DNA of 63,691 nucleotides, the filler included, from Stramenopiles sp. TOSAG23-6 (Eukaryota): the NCBI GenBank assembly GCA_900128565.1. It is 12 parts of 12 records of this genome, joined end to end, with 100 filler letters (N's around TTAATTAATTAA, not from the genome) between each part and the next. Parts side by side here need not be neighbours in the genome. Positions count along the whole stretch, not along the records: positions 1 to 7,318 come from LT636578.1; positions 7,419 to 14,725 come from LT636579.1; 10 more parts are not named here. One strand, written 5' to 3'. The notes under the pieces were generated by a model. It ran no database searches and was not told the DNA's origin. It saw nothing but the letters and a program-made list of their open reading frames with translations. The translations under genes and the position numbers were made by a program. Below, piece by piece: positions 1-12,425 of this stretch (positions within the stretch are counted from its first letter, which is position 1; each line of letters opens with the position of its first letter).

Positions 1-40
1 TTTTTTTTTTTTTTTTTTTTCGTGTAAAAAAAAAATTACC

Positions 41-71
<31 letters not shown>

Positions 72-102
72 TGAAATGTGAAATGTTTTTAAAAAAACGT
101 AC

Positions 103-437
103 ATATGATTATTAAATAAATTTTGTAATTTTTCATTGGCAAAATTAATACATAATTGTTCAAGAGAATTAATTTGCATAATTTCAAAACCAAAAATATC
201 TAAAATACCTATAAAATTTGATGAATTATTATTATTACTTGGGGTAGGGTTAGGGTTATCAGTAGTAGGGTTAGGGTTATCAGTAGTAGGGTTAGGGTTT
301 ATATTATTTTGAGTGTGGTTTTGATGATTTGATGAATTTTCATATATTAAATGTTTTTCGTGTAGTATTTTGTTACACACTTCTTCCACAAGCCATGTAA
401 AAATACGTTGATAAATATTCTTGACTAATGACATCGT
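103..437 (-). CDS. Myosin motor domain, internal exon
   Basis: [10 protein letters not shown] and [11 protein letters not shown]...[16 protein letters not shown] are myosin head motifs. The exon is bounded by a family acceptor (ATTATAT| at 438) and donor (AT|GTACGTTTT at 102). Confidence 0.85.
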
Positions 438-536
438 ATATAATATGATACAATATTTCAAAAAAAAATTTAATTTTTGTTAGGTACAAAATTTCGTACG
501 AAAAAAAAATTCATACAAAAAAAAAATAAAACATAC

Positions 537-1391
537 AGGTGAGTGCGAAAGATTTACCCGGTCATCATAATAATTATTTGCGGCTTCGTTGAAAAAATTT
601 GAGGTACTACTTTCAACTGATGAGCTATTCCCTGATGACGTCCTATCAATATTGCTATGTACTATATACTTTGGGATTGGTTTGTTATTTACCTGATTTG
701 ATGTATTTAATTTCCACGGTGTTGTTGATATCTTTGTTGGAACATTTCCACTATTTTCAGTCATATTTCGCATTGCTCCAGTGTTTAAATTGTCATGATT
801 TGGATTATTTGAAGATATATATGATGTTTGATTTGTTACACTAAACCGCTTCAAATTATTAGGGGGTGTTGGTGGCAGTATAAATCCTGGTTTTTGAACT
901 CTGTAGGTGATGTTTGGATATTGTGGTGAAGTACTACTATTTAGTACATTTGAGTTGTTTGTACAGTTTGAAGTTTGGTGCTGTTTTTGAACTTTGTATT
1001 GGTTTTTCATTAGATGTTGCGAATCAGTAAGCATACAAGGAGATTGCTGTTGTGGACGTTTACTTATATACTGTGAATTTTTATAGTTTTGGTGTTTCGA
1101 AGTTTTATTGTTTTTTGTCGTGAATTCAAAGTTTTGAAGACGAATAGTGTCTGAACTATCAGGATCAGAATCTTCAAAGTACGGCTGTGATATAGACCAG
1201 CTACTACAATGTGAGTCTTCCGAAAGTCGCCGTCTTTTACCTCCTCGATTTCCAGATAGAGGAGCCTGTGCTTCAAGTTGACGTGCGAGAGGATTATCTG
1301 GACGTCTAGAACGTTCGATGGGTACAAACATATCCTCGAAGTCTAACTGTAGCTCTTCATCAGAATCATCAATCATCATGCTAATACTCAT
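537..1391 (-). CDS. First exon of a low-complexity Ser/Asn-rich protein of unknown function
   Basis: ATG-initiated ORF ending at family donor CCT|GTATGTTTT (536); no recognisable domain. Confidence 0.55.
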
Positions 1392-1878
1392 CGTATTAGA
1401 AAAAATTATACAATCGAATCACAAAATCATGAGATTTGTATGACACTTGAAACAATCTCAATCATAATAAAGAATAAAAGAAAACCGGTTTTTGACTTTG
1501 GTATACTAGCTCAAAATCATCTTCAATCATTTTGGATTTGAGATTGAGATTTTGATCTGAGGCATATTTCCGATTTTAGCCGCTCAATTTGGAATTTATT
1601 TTAGGCTCTAGTAACTGTTGGACGTTGAGACGTTTGTTCAGAAATTTCTAATTTCAAAAAAAGTATCCTACTCACTACAACACACTGTACAAATAATAGA
1701 TCACATATACTTTTCTAGCAGTTCAAGTATTTCTAACATAATATTTGTTGAATATTTCTATATAGTGTAGACGTATATACTTTTTACAGTCGTGTGTATT
1801 GAACTTCAGTAGCTCCTCTATATTTTCAAGCTAAGTAGTCTAATAGTAAAAAAAACTTTAGTTTGTGTCCCAGTAAGA

Positions 1879-4077
1879 ATGATTCGAACGTTCATATCCA
1901 AGACAGTTCCCCGAGCATGGACACAGCACTCCAAGATGGTTAAGAAAATCATTGTTGGAAATGCATTACCATGTATTGGCACAAGTTCATTAAATTGTAC
2001 ACATTTTCAGTGTCGATGTTCGAGCAATGGTAAAGGGAGAAACAACGGAAGGAACGGCGGCCCCAGCGTAACTAATGGAGGGAATAATCTTGGACGTAGA
2101 ACTAAACGCATTATTGATACAAAAAAGAGCCAAGGTGGCGGAGCCGGTGGTGGTGGAGGTCCACCTGGAGATGATATGCTTTGTCCTAACTGTGAAAACC
2201 GACTACAAATCGCTGTAATGCCGACGTTGAAGCAACAAGAAGATGATCCAACTGTCGGACCTGTGTATACTTGTTTGAAGTGTGGTAGTTACTGGCGTTT
2301 AGCTGGACCTCGGACTCCAGTAGGTTCAAGCAATGTTCAGATTGGAACAAACTTTCGAACGAATACTACACAAGAAGATTATGAAAAACAGATGAAAGAT
2401 GAGAAGTATGCGGAATATCAGGTTTTAGAAGGTTCAAAATTGAATCCAAAAGAGCTTTTTGAAGGTCTAGATGAGCACGTCGTAGCTCAAGAAAAGGTGA
2501 AAAAAGTATTAAGTGTAAGTATGCATAATCATTTTAAACGATTGAATAATCACATCGAAAAGGAAAACAAAAAAGCAAGTGAAACTTTCCTAAGCAGAGA
2601 AATTTCGTCAGGTTCACCGTCTGATCTCAATATGGACAATATTGGGATGCCGACAAATAGCCTTAATATTCCATTTCCTCTCGGTCCTAGAGGTTCACAT
2701 ATGGGTTTGTCTACGGTATGGGATACATCAGAACCAAAATCTCATACAAATCCAGCCATGAATTCGAAAAGTGAATCCCCAGAGGAAGGCGCTTCTAAAA
2801 GTGCTTCTGCATTAACACTCGTCGATGAGCCTGAAGATGATTTAAAAAAAGATGCAATGAAAGGAGACTTCAAAAAAGGTTCAACACCTGGAGAAACTCG
2901 CAAAGATAAACTAAATGCTTTAAAGCAGTTAAATGGTCACTCGTATGATGAGGATGATGTCGTATTAGATAAGACAAATGTGATGCTGGTTGGTCCTACA
3001 GGCTCAGGGAAAACATTATTGGCCAAGACTCTGGCTAGTCTTGTTGATGTACCACTTGCTATAGTTGATGCCACATCACTAACTCAATCAGGATACGTTG
3101 GTGAAGATGTAGAGTCAATTTTGTTTCGTTTATATAAGGCATCTGGCTACGATTTAGAAGCAACACAAAGAGGTGTAGTATACATTGATGAAGTTGATAA
3201 GCTCGCTCGAAAAGCAGAGAGTGTAAATATTACTCGAGATGTTAGTGGCGAAGGTGTACAACAAGCTTTATTGAAGATGCTCGAAGGATCTGTGGTTCAT
3301 GTACCTGAAAAGGGAGGTAGAAAAAACCCAAGAGGAGAGTTTATATCGATCGATACTACACATATACTATTTATATGTGGTGGTGCATTTGCTGGACTTG
3401 AAGAAGTAGTTGCCAGACGAGTAGCAAAATCATCAATTGGATTTGGTGCCCGAGTGCGAGGTAAAGAAAAAGCTGAAACTAAATTGATGGAAGTTTCTGA
3501 GCCGGCAGATTTAATGAGGTTTGGAATGATTCCTGAATTTGTTTCGCGTTTTCCTGTCATTGTGAGTACAAGTGAATTGACTGAAGATCAACTTATTGAT
3601 GTACTTACCAAACCAAAGAGTGCGTTAATTAAACAGTATAGGAAATTATATTCCATGAGTAATACTGAATTCCATACTACTGATGCAGCGATGAGAGAGA
3701 TTGCGAAAAGTGCTCGTGTGCGTGTACGTTTTCATTTCAATTTCTAATTTTTTTTTTTTTTTTTCGTATGAAATTTTGTACCTAAATAAAAAAAATTGAA
3801 ATATTTTTTCACGATACATGGTACTGGTGCGAGAGGTCTTCGTGCAATTATGGAACGTATGCTAACTGAATCAATGTATTATTGCCCAGATGATGATGAA
3901 GATATTCGTGGTGTTTTAGTCACAGAAGATGTCGTTAAGGGTTATATTCCACCAATAATGTTACGGGGAGATGAGACTGTTGAAAGTTATTTTGAAAAAG
4001 TATCTGAAGGTTCTCTTGGTCCAAAAAATACACTAGAAAGTGTTGATGTTCCTGACGTTCTTGGAGCTGCTGCATAA
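1879..4077 (+). CDS. CLPX: Mitochondrial ClpX AAA+ chaperone; exons 1879-3723, 3820-4077
   Basis: Presequence-like N-terminus, CxxC/CxxC zinc motif, [22 protein letters not shown] and [14 protein letters not shown]. Splicing restores [16 protein letters not shown]. Confidence 0.95.
3724..3819 (+). other. Non-canonical GT-AT intron (family member)
   Basis: GTACGTTTT...GTACCTAAA...GATACAT. It has an in-frame stop and no AG anywhere inside, and removal restores the TGARGLR sensor-2 region. Confidence 0.9.
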
Positions 4078-4407
4078 CTCTATTTATCTCTCTGATCTAG
4101 TGTGCGATCTGATCTATATCTATTCTAAACTCTTTTGTCTTTTTTTTGTGAGGACTTGTTTGCTTGTAAAATATATAAAAAAAATCAATTATTGAAAACA
4201 TTTTTTTTACATTGACCATTTTTTACATTAACATTTAAAAAAATCAACGATGGAACAAACCTGCTATTTTGTGAGCCGCGTGTGGTAAGAAATTATGGTA
4301 CATCAGTGCTGACTTCTTGTCGGTATCGACAAGTCCTTTGTAGTTGTCGTCGAGAGTCCACTGATAAATACTCCTCCTTCAAACTAATTGTTTATAACTA
4401 CTATTAA

Positions 4408-6500
4408 ATGGCAAAGAAAACTGCTGCAGAAAAAGCTGCTGCAAAGGCTGCACTTCGTGCAAAGCGTGCGGCACGCGAGGCTGCCAAACGTCGCGCTCGT
4501 GGTGAACTGACTGAAGAAGACGAAGATGAAGTCAAAGTAGAAGAAGATAAACAAGAGGACAAGGTCTCTTCTTCGTCTTTGACTGCATTTGACGTATTGA
4601 ACCATGCTAGTATTACTGGTAAACTCACATCTCGCGAAGATTCCCGTGATGTTCAGATTGAAAATTTTAATATCACTTTATATGGTCGAGAGTTAGTTGC
4701 TGACACTACTTTAGCCTTGAATTATGGTCGTCGTATTGGTCTTATTGGTGGTAATGGTTCCGGAAAGTCTACCTTATTAATGGCAATTGCTACTCGCCAA
4801 ATTCCTATTCCTGATCATATTGATATATGGCATCTTCACGAAGAAGCTAAACCTTCAGACCGCACCGCTATGGAATGTACTATAGATACAGTCAAACTTG
4901 AAGCCAGTCGTATCGAAAAACAAATAGATGACGTCATGGCAGAGTATGGCGGCGACGCTGAAGAATTGACTGACCTTTATGAACGATTGGATGATTTAAG
5001 TCCCGAAACATTCGAAATGCGTGCTGGGGAACTTTTATTTGGTCTTGGATTTTCGCAAGAAATGATGAACAAAGCAACAAAAGATATGTCTGGTGGTTGG
5101 CGCATGCGTGTAGCACTAGCTCAGGCGCTGCTCGTTGAACCAAAGCTACTTTTATTGGATGAGCCAACAAACCATCTTGATCTTGGTGCATGTGTTTGGC
5201 TTGAAAATTATTTATCAACGTACAAAAAATGTCTTCTGGTTACATCCCATTCTCAAGATTTTTTGAACACGGTATGCACAAATATCATGTACGTTTTCAT
5301 CTTTAATTTCAATTTTTTTTCCCCCAGACACTTTCATACCTAACAAATTTAGAATTTCTTTATTTTTTTACAATACATGGAACTAACAGTCAGAGGTACT
5401 TTAGAGTATTGGTCTGGTAACTATGATACTTTTATCAAAACAAAAAGTGATAAGGAAATTAATCAACTGAAGAGACACAGAAAAGAACAAGATGACATTA
5501 AACGTCTTAAGCACTTCATTAATACTTGTGGTACGTACTCTAATTTAGTGAAGCAAGCTCAATCCAAACAAAAAATTATTGACAAAATGATTGAAGCAGG
5601 ATTAACTCCAAAACCAGATAAAGTAACCGAATACAATTTTAACTTTCCTCGTTGTGGTGCTTTAGCACCTCCTGTCATGTCTTTTAAAGAAGTCTCGTTT
5701 TCATACTCTGGAAAGAAAGAGGACTACCTGTACACGGATCTTGACTTTGGAGTTGATTTAGATTCTCGAGTTGCATTAGTTGGTCCAAATGGTGCTGGTA
5801 AATCGACGTTATTGAAACTCATGACTGGAGATTTAATTGCTACAGAAGGAGATGTCAGTCGTCATAGTCATTTACGAATTTCATACTATAATCAGCATTC
5901 TGAAGATCAGTTGGACTTAAATTTGAGTCCAATTCAGTTTATGCAAAAAACTTTTGCTGCAGGTGTTGTTTTACCAGGAAGAGAAAAGAAACAACTTACA
6001 CTTGAAGAATGGAGAAGTGTTTTGGGAATGTATGGCATCACAGGTTCACGCCAAAGTGATACCATGAGAACTATGTACGTCTTCATCAACAATTTCACTT
6101 TCATTTTTTTTTCGTTGAAAATTCTATATCTAACAAATTTCAAATTTGATACATTTTCACACAATACATGTCCGATGGTCTTCGCACTCGTGTTGTATTT
6201 TGTCTTTTATCTCTCGGAAATCCTCATATTTTACTCCTTGATGAGCCTACCAATCATTTAGATATGGAGTGCATCGACTCATTGGCAAGGGCTATTAATA
6301 ACTTTGAAGGTGGTCTCATTCTTGTTAGTCACGACTTTCGATTAATTACTCAAGTAGCTTCTGAGATTTGGGTATGTGATAAAGGAATCACAAAATGGAC
6401 CACTGGAATTCGTGCATATAAGAAGAAATTGAAGGCTGATGGTGAAAGTCATATTAAGAAGATGATGAGACGTCTCAAAAGTAGACAAGAAAAAGGATAA
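4408..6500 (+). CDS. ABCF2: ABC-F family ATPase (ABCF2/ARB1-like); exons 4408-5288, 5379-6074, 6170-6500
   Basis: Two nucleotide-binding domains ([27 protein letters not shown] and [23 protein letters not shown]) and no membrane domain. Confidence 0.9.
5289..5378 (+). other. GT-AT intron (family member)
   Basis: AT|GTACGTTTT...ATACCTAAC...AATACAT|G; joins VCTNIM-ELT...GNYD in frame. Confidence 0.85.
6075..6169 (+). other. GT-AT intron (family member)
   Basis: No AG inside. The next downstream AG would delete the ABC signature and most of Walker B; GT-AT removal gives [10 protein letters not shown]. Confidence 0.9.
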
Positions 6501-6827
6501 TTTTACCAAATGAATTTCGAACTTGATTAGTGTGCTTTATCACGCGGATAACGATAGTTTATGGTCGTGTATAATTTATTGGATACTATTATATAAAATA
6601 TACAAAAAAAAATATTTCTGTTTGTTTTGTTAAATTTATACATCGATTCGATCAGTGTCGGCCAATTTCCTAATTTAGCTATATAATAATGAACAGGTAT
6701 TACTATTTTTCAGGAACAAAATCGAAAAAAAAATCGGCAAAGAATCGGTGCGCTCTCAGTCTCAGTTTGTGTTTTTTTGCATTTTCCGCGAATTGAATTG
6801 GAACTTTGGAAGAGCATATAAGTTATA

Positions 6828-7318
6828 ATGGGTAAGAAAAGGAAAGATATGAATCCTGCAGCTTTGCATCGTAAAAAGCAGAAAGCTAAACAAAAGAAAA
6901 AGATGGCGCGCGATCGTAAGCAAGACCGTGATATTCGTGATCTTGGTAAAAACTTAGGTAAACTAACTGGGGAAATAGAAAAACTACGTGCGGAACAGTC
7001 TAAAGGAGAATTGACTCATTTTCAGCGAAAGCAACTAGTTTCTATGGTACAACTAAGAGTACAAGAAGAAGTCAAACAGTCCCGAATGAATGCGACTAAA
7101 TCTGTTGAACCTTCAACGTTGAATGGTCGAAAAAAAAAGTCTCCATATCAGAACGTGTATCAAAGCAAGACTATGCCACGACAAACAAATAATCAATATC
7201 CACCAGGAATACCACCACCGACAAATAATCAATATCCACCAGGAATGCCAACACCAACAAATAATCAATATCCACCAGGAATACCACCACCAACAAATAA
7301 TCAATATCCACCAGGAAT
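6828..7318 (+). CDS. WBP11-like splicing factor N-terminus (3'-truncated)
   Basis: MGKK..MNP...RK basic N-terminus resembling WW-domain-binding protein 11, followed by Pro-rich repeats. Confidence 0.55.
7185..7318 (+). repeat. 36-bp coding tandem repeat (TNNQYPPGIPPP), about 3.7 copies up to the contig end
   Basis: ACAAATAATCAATATCCACCAGGAAT repeated directly. Confidence 0.9.
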
Positions 7319-7418
7319 NNNNNNNNNNNNNNNNNNNNNNNNNNNNNNNNNNNNNNNNNNNNTTAATTAATTAANNNNNNNNNNNNNNNNNNNNNNNNNN
7401 NNNNNNNNNNNNNNNNNN
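7319..7418. other. Artificial contig linker; also at 14726, 22115, 29498, 36878, 44256, 51631, 58992, 60169, 61345 and 62519
   Basis: Identical 100-nt N-TTAATTAATTAA-N blocks with stops in all six frames; contigs decrease monotonically in length. Confidence 0.98.
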
Positions 7419-7470
7419 TACGAAATTTTGTACCTAACAAATTTCGAATTTAATTTTTTTTACAATATAT

Positions 7471-8537
7471 GTGGGCGATCTCGATCTCATAGTATCCTTA
7501 GTAGCTGTAACATCACTGACGGTAGCTCAGGAAGCAAACTTTCTCTGTCTCGATCTTTATTCGTCGATGACGTCATTGAAGATGACAAAGACAATGATGA
7601 TGATAAAGGTAATGATGATGAAGAGGAAAATATTGTATCAATAAACGAAATTCATGACGATAAAGGTAATGATGATGAAAAGGAAAATATTGAATATGTT
7701 AGATCCATAAACAAAAATAAAAATAAATCTCTGGGAATTTGTAAAAATGTGATGAAAGAACATTTTAATGAACATGTTAATGAACATTTTAATGAACATT
7801 TTAATGTTGATGAGAAAGTGAAATTAAAAAATGTACTAAATCATGAGAAAATTAACGTAAATAAAAAGAATAAAGTCTTGCATAAAAAGTTAGATGAGGA
7901 GCAAATTTCAATAGAAACAGCACAAGATAATCAAGATAATAATAAGAAGTCTACAATTTGTGCTGCTGTTCCAATAAAGGAAAAAAAGTTATTGGAATTT
8001 GGAATTATAGCGAAAGCTCTTGTTGCTCATCGACATTTTGAAAAAAATAAANAAAATATTGTAAAGAATACGAAAAAAAGAGGGAATGGTCAAAAAATAC
8101 TCCTCGCTAATGATAAAGAGAAGACTAAAGAAAATGATAGAAACAATAATGTTGTATCAAATGTATCTTCAAAGAATGTACTTGGTAAAGTTGTTTCATT
8201 TAAAACAAATGATTGTAGTATTGATCAATCGTATGACATGGGGGAAAATGATATCCAAAAGTCTCGATATTTTGTCAAGTATTCAACATCTTCAAGTAGT
8301 TGTAAGAATACATGTAATACCACTACAACATTACCTAGATCAATGGATGAAAATGTACTAATGAATAATACTTCCTCTGCTGTGTGCAATGATGGATCAA
8401 AATGTGATAGCCATTTCTGGAGAGAGCGAGTCAATAAAAGAGTTATGAATAGTTTATCTAATCGAGGTGCAATAAACACACAAGATTTAGATCATATGGA
8501 CAAAAAGGGCAAATATAATGCTGAAACAAAGAAATAA
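7471..8537 (+). CDS. Terminal exon of an Asn/Lys/Asp-rich protein of unknown function
   Basis: Long ORF following a family intron 3' half ending AATATAT| at 7470. Confidence 0.6.
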
Positions 8538-8587
8538 AAATGTATTCAAAAATTAAAAATAGTATCATACATTAACTAGTAAATTAT

Positions 8588-11500
8588 CTATTCCCCGTCA
8601 TCATACGGATTCACATCACGGGAATGATATCCACGTTGCTCTGCCAAACGCTTCATGTATTGTTGACTATACTCCTCTTCGGACATCCCAGACATTTCCG
8701 CAGCCTGTTGTATTTTTTCTCTGTAACCTGCAATTGTATCATCATCATAGCCTGCAAGTTTAAGGTACTCATATAAATCCTTCGCCTTATCAAGAGCAGA
8801 CATACGCTCTTCATACCGATTTGACTGTCCTCCAGGTGATGCCTTGCCATTCATTGAGTACTCAGAGTATCGCTCTTTATAGCGTTCAAAGTATGCCTTT
8901 TCATACTCTTTTGTTGTCATACCTGCTGCAACCGCCCCATCCTTGAGCTGATTACGGTACGTTTCGATAGTAGCTTCATCATATCCTGCTTGTTGTAAAT
9001 ATTCGTATATATCCTTACTATTCTTTAATGCTTTACCAAGTTTCTCATACGCTGCATTGTGGTCTGCCCTAGACGTCATACCACCACGTCGTTCTTCACC
9101 CTTACCAACACCATCTTTTCCTGTCCCAGCAGCAGGAGGTAAAACTTTGTATACACTCCATCTTCGATTATTCGTTTCACCTTCAGGAGTAGCTTCATCA
9201 CAAAAGTCATCAATACAACCACATCTACGTTTTGTTTCATCAAGACAAGGTCGCTCACATGATCCTCCTTCACGATCTAGTTTTGTTAGCAATTTATTAA
9301 ATGCAAACGAGTGACCATCACTATACGCACGAGCAATAGCAAAATATTTCTTATCGTTAGTAACTGCGTGGTGCTTAGCAAGCTTAAATCGTGCGCCTGT
9401 AGAGCCACCAGCATAGATTTTGTCTTCCGAAAATGAATTTTCAGATGTAAAGCATCCAATATACTTGGATCGATGACTTGTGAATCCACTGTTATTTGCC
9501 TTGGCAGCTGCCTTTTTTGATGCTTTACGGAAATCTCTGCGATTTTTCCTGACAATGCGAGAGGTTTGCACGCGATTCCATTCGTGTCCTTTTTTTACAC
9601 GATATATGCGGACCATCCAATTTTGTGATGTAAATGCTTCTTCAATATGTTCAAGTTGAATATGTTTATCACCAACTTCCATATTTCGCACAAGATCAAA
9701 TCCATTTGGTTTTGAATAATCCGTGATTAGTTCAGAAAAACGGTAATATGAAGTTTTGTATATTAAAGATCGAAGAAATTGTTTTGTCGCAGTATGATCA
9801 ATAGCAAATCTACCTTTGGAGTTGTAATATTTTTCCTCCGTGACATGTATTTTGGAAAAATATTTCAAAAAAAATCTAAAACAATTTGTTAGGTACAAAA
9901 TTTCGTATGAAAAAAAAAATCGATTTTTTTGTAAAAAAAAAAATAAAACATACATCATCATAAACACCTTGTGCGATACGAACCATCCAAAGGAACTTAT
10001 TAATGTCATCGGATTGATAACCTGTTTTACCACCAAATACAACTAGTACATAATCAACATCTAGACTATCAAGAATAGGCCAGGCTTTCTCCTCAGAAGA
10101 AGCAAGAGCTCGGGCAACAGTCGCAATATGAGTATTATTCCAGGTATTATGCATTATGAAAAATATTTCAAAATTTAAAATCGTTAGGTACAAAATTTTT
10201 ATAAAAAAAAAAAAAAAATCGAAATTGAAATGAAAACGTACATTATCTACTAATGTAGTACGATTTGACATTGAGGCCATTTGGTATCCATAATCCCACC
10301 CTGTATTATGAATAAATATGTTTTATGTATGAAATTTGTTAGTTTTTTGTTTTTTGTACAAAACTTGGAGTAAGTATAAAACACAAATTGAGATGAATGA
10401 TGAAAAAAATATTTCAAATTTTTTCAAGAACTTATTAGGTACAAATTTTCGTACGAAAACAAAAAATCTTAAAAAAAATGAAAACGTACATGCAAGAACT
10501 TTGGCATCGGGATGAGTATTATGTCGTAACCAATAGTATGCCTCACGGTAATCATCCATAATGACACGTGTTCCATCTGCACGACGACTTGCTAAAACAA
10601 TAGAAGGACTAGAATATGCTTCTGAAGCAACATAAGTAACATGCATTGAATACATGCAAAGCATCCCTGTCATACCCATGATCACCATAACTGCCAAACT
10701 AAATGGAATTTCTGATTTAGGTGTCTTTACAGAATTTCTCAAATTTTTATCATCTGACAATAAATGAACTTTGTATTTTATATGAGCCATAAATCGTCGT
10801 AGTATAGCACTAACCGAAATTGAAGCTAGGATACATGCAATAGGTGCAAGGGTAAGCATAAGTCTCACCATGACACCCGCGAAATACCACGAAATTGTTC
10901 CATATAAAATAATAAAAATTTTCGAATCTGTAGGGTTTTCAAATAAAAAATACACACCTGCAGGTGAAAAAGGGACTAAAATATGTAAATCAAAAAAGAA
11001 CGAGGTCCAAGTAGTGGGCTGATGTTCACTAACGGATGCAATAATGGGTATATATTTTTTAGCATAGGTAGGATCTAATAAAGACAAGGCCCTGCCGGTA
11101 AACTGAACTTTTCCAGATAACAAAGCGATGCTAATAATCGTCACTGTAAGTGTCATAACACCAAAGAATGCAAGACGCATGAGAAATTTTGCTTGTTTAG
11201 CAGTCACCTTATTTCTAAACCAGATCATAAGAGCAAATGCATTAATCATGATAAATACACCATGTGAAGATGCACATTCTGCTTGCAATAGTACATTAAA
11301 TCCAACAAATGGAACTTGCATCGCCATTAAATTACCCAATATATAATACGTTGTGTATGCAACATACAAGCGTCGTGAATAACGCCCTGCAACAGTTAGG
11401 ATAAGTACATATAATGGTATAATATTGATAATGAAAATATATCCACCCCATGCAGAAACCATATAAAAATATGCCACGGCCGTCACCGCAGCGTAGGCCA

Positions 11501-12182
11501 TTGAACCAGTATTGACAGATTTTACCCATAGATAAAACACAAATATTAGTGCAAATATGGCAACCCCTTCATTATCATACGACCCTCCAACAGATCGTGA
11601 AATGTAGGATGGAACGACACCAACAAAGGCAGCTGCTAAAAGTGCTGTAGAAGATCGACGGACAACTTCCTTTGTCAGTAGAAATGTGACAACACAAGTA
11701 AGACTGGCAAAAAATGGGGCCAAAAATACGCACTGATTACGAACACTAATTGATATATTTATCGTGTTGAGAAGCCAGTAGAAAAATGACGCAGTTGCCA
11801 TAAGACCTGGATATACAGTACCTCCAACAATGCGTCCGAGAGGATACCAAGAACGGTCATCGAACCAATTTAGAAAATTTACAGGACCTTCGTTAGCAAG
11901 GTATTTCGTAGTGCGATAATTAAAGTAAGGATCATATTCATGGATAACACTCTCCCATCTCACCACTGCAAATAACCTTATCATGAAAGACATGAGGCAA
12001 ATAAGTAACAAGATAGTGTATTGGAAAACAGGCACAGCCGCATTGGAAACATAATCTTGTTCTATCGTCTCTATCAATGGCGGAAATGCTGTCGGGTCAG
12101 ATTTCAAGTAAGTTACTGTATCCAAAATAATCCCCTTAGCACCTGAGGTTTTCTCCCCAGATTTTGTTGAATCTTCCTTCAT
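8588..12182 (-). CDS. STT3: Oligosaccharyltransferase catalytic subunit with a long C-terminal extension; exons 12182-10490, 10300-10242, 10148-9954, 9844-8588
   Basis: [17 protein letters not shown], the spliced WWDYGYQ and [14 protein letters not shown] motifs, and [12 protein letters not shown]. Confidence 0.97.
10149..10241 (-). other. GT-AT intron (family member)
   Basis: AAT|GTACG...TGCAT|AAT restores the invariant DN-NTWNN; no AG inside the intron. Confidence 0.92.
10301..10489 (-). other. GT-AG compound family intron
   Basis: T|GTACG...AATACAG|GG restores WWDYG. The AG sits at the same position as AT in sister introns. Confidence 0.92.
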
Positions 12183-12425
12183 TCTACAGGAAAGGGTTGA
12201 TTAACTTGAGCAGATATAACCCGCGAAGTTGTCACTTTAGTTCTCGAATGACTGTGTGGTGGCCATTTGGCCAATAAAAAGAAAAAAAAAGGAATATTCG
12301 AAAGTATGGAACAAATCTGCTAGTTCAAAGTGTGTCAAAAAAAAAATCGAGTGAGTGCACCAAAACAGGTAAATCATCACGGAAGTCATCCTCTACCTAT
12401 ATATATATAAAGGAGATAAGGCAAT

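Noticed and set aside
481-503. Repeated palindromic TTCGTACGAAATTTTGTACCTAAC as a CRISPR or REP-like repeat
   Set aside because: Copies are dispersed singly inside eukaryotic genes rather than regularly spaced, and there are no cas genes; they are intron cores.
3745-3796. Split ORFs read as pseudogenes, frameshifting or stop-codon reassignment
   Set aside because: Each break coincides with a family intron whose removal restores frame and motifs; long exons use the standard code with normal stops.
3723-3818. TG...CA termini suggesting solo LTRs or a shifted splice register
   Set aside because: The shift breaks STT3 WWDYG, several copies lack the preceding T, and there are no 4-6 bp target duplications or retroelement genes.
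7319-7418. Recurrent TTAATTAATTAA within N runs at about 7.3-kb spacing
   Set aside because: Artificial concatenation linker; the spacing reflects length-sorted contigs, and ORFs ending in 'LIN' are artefacts.
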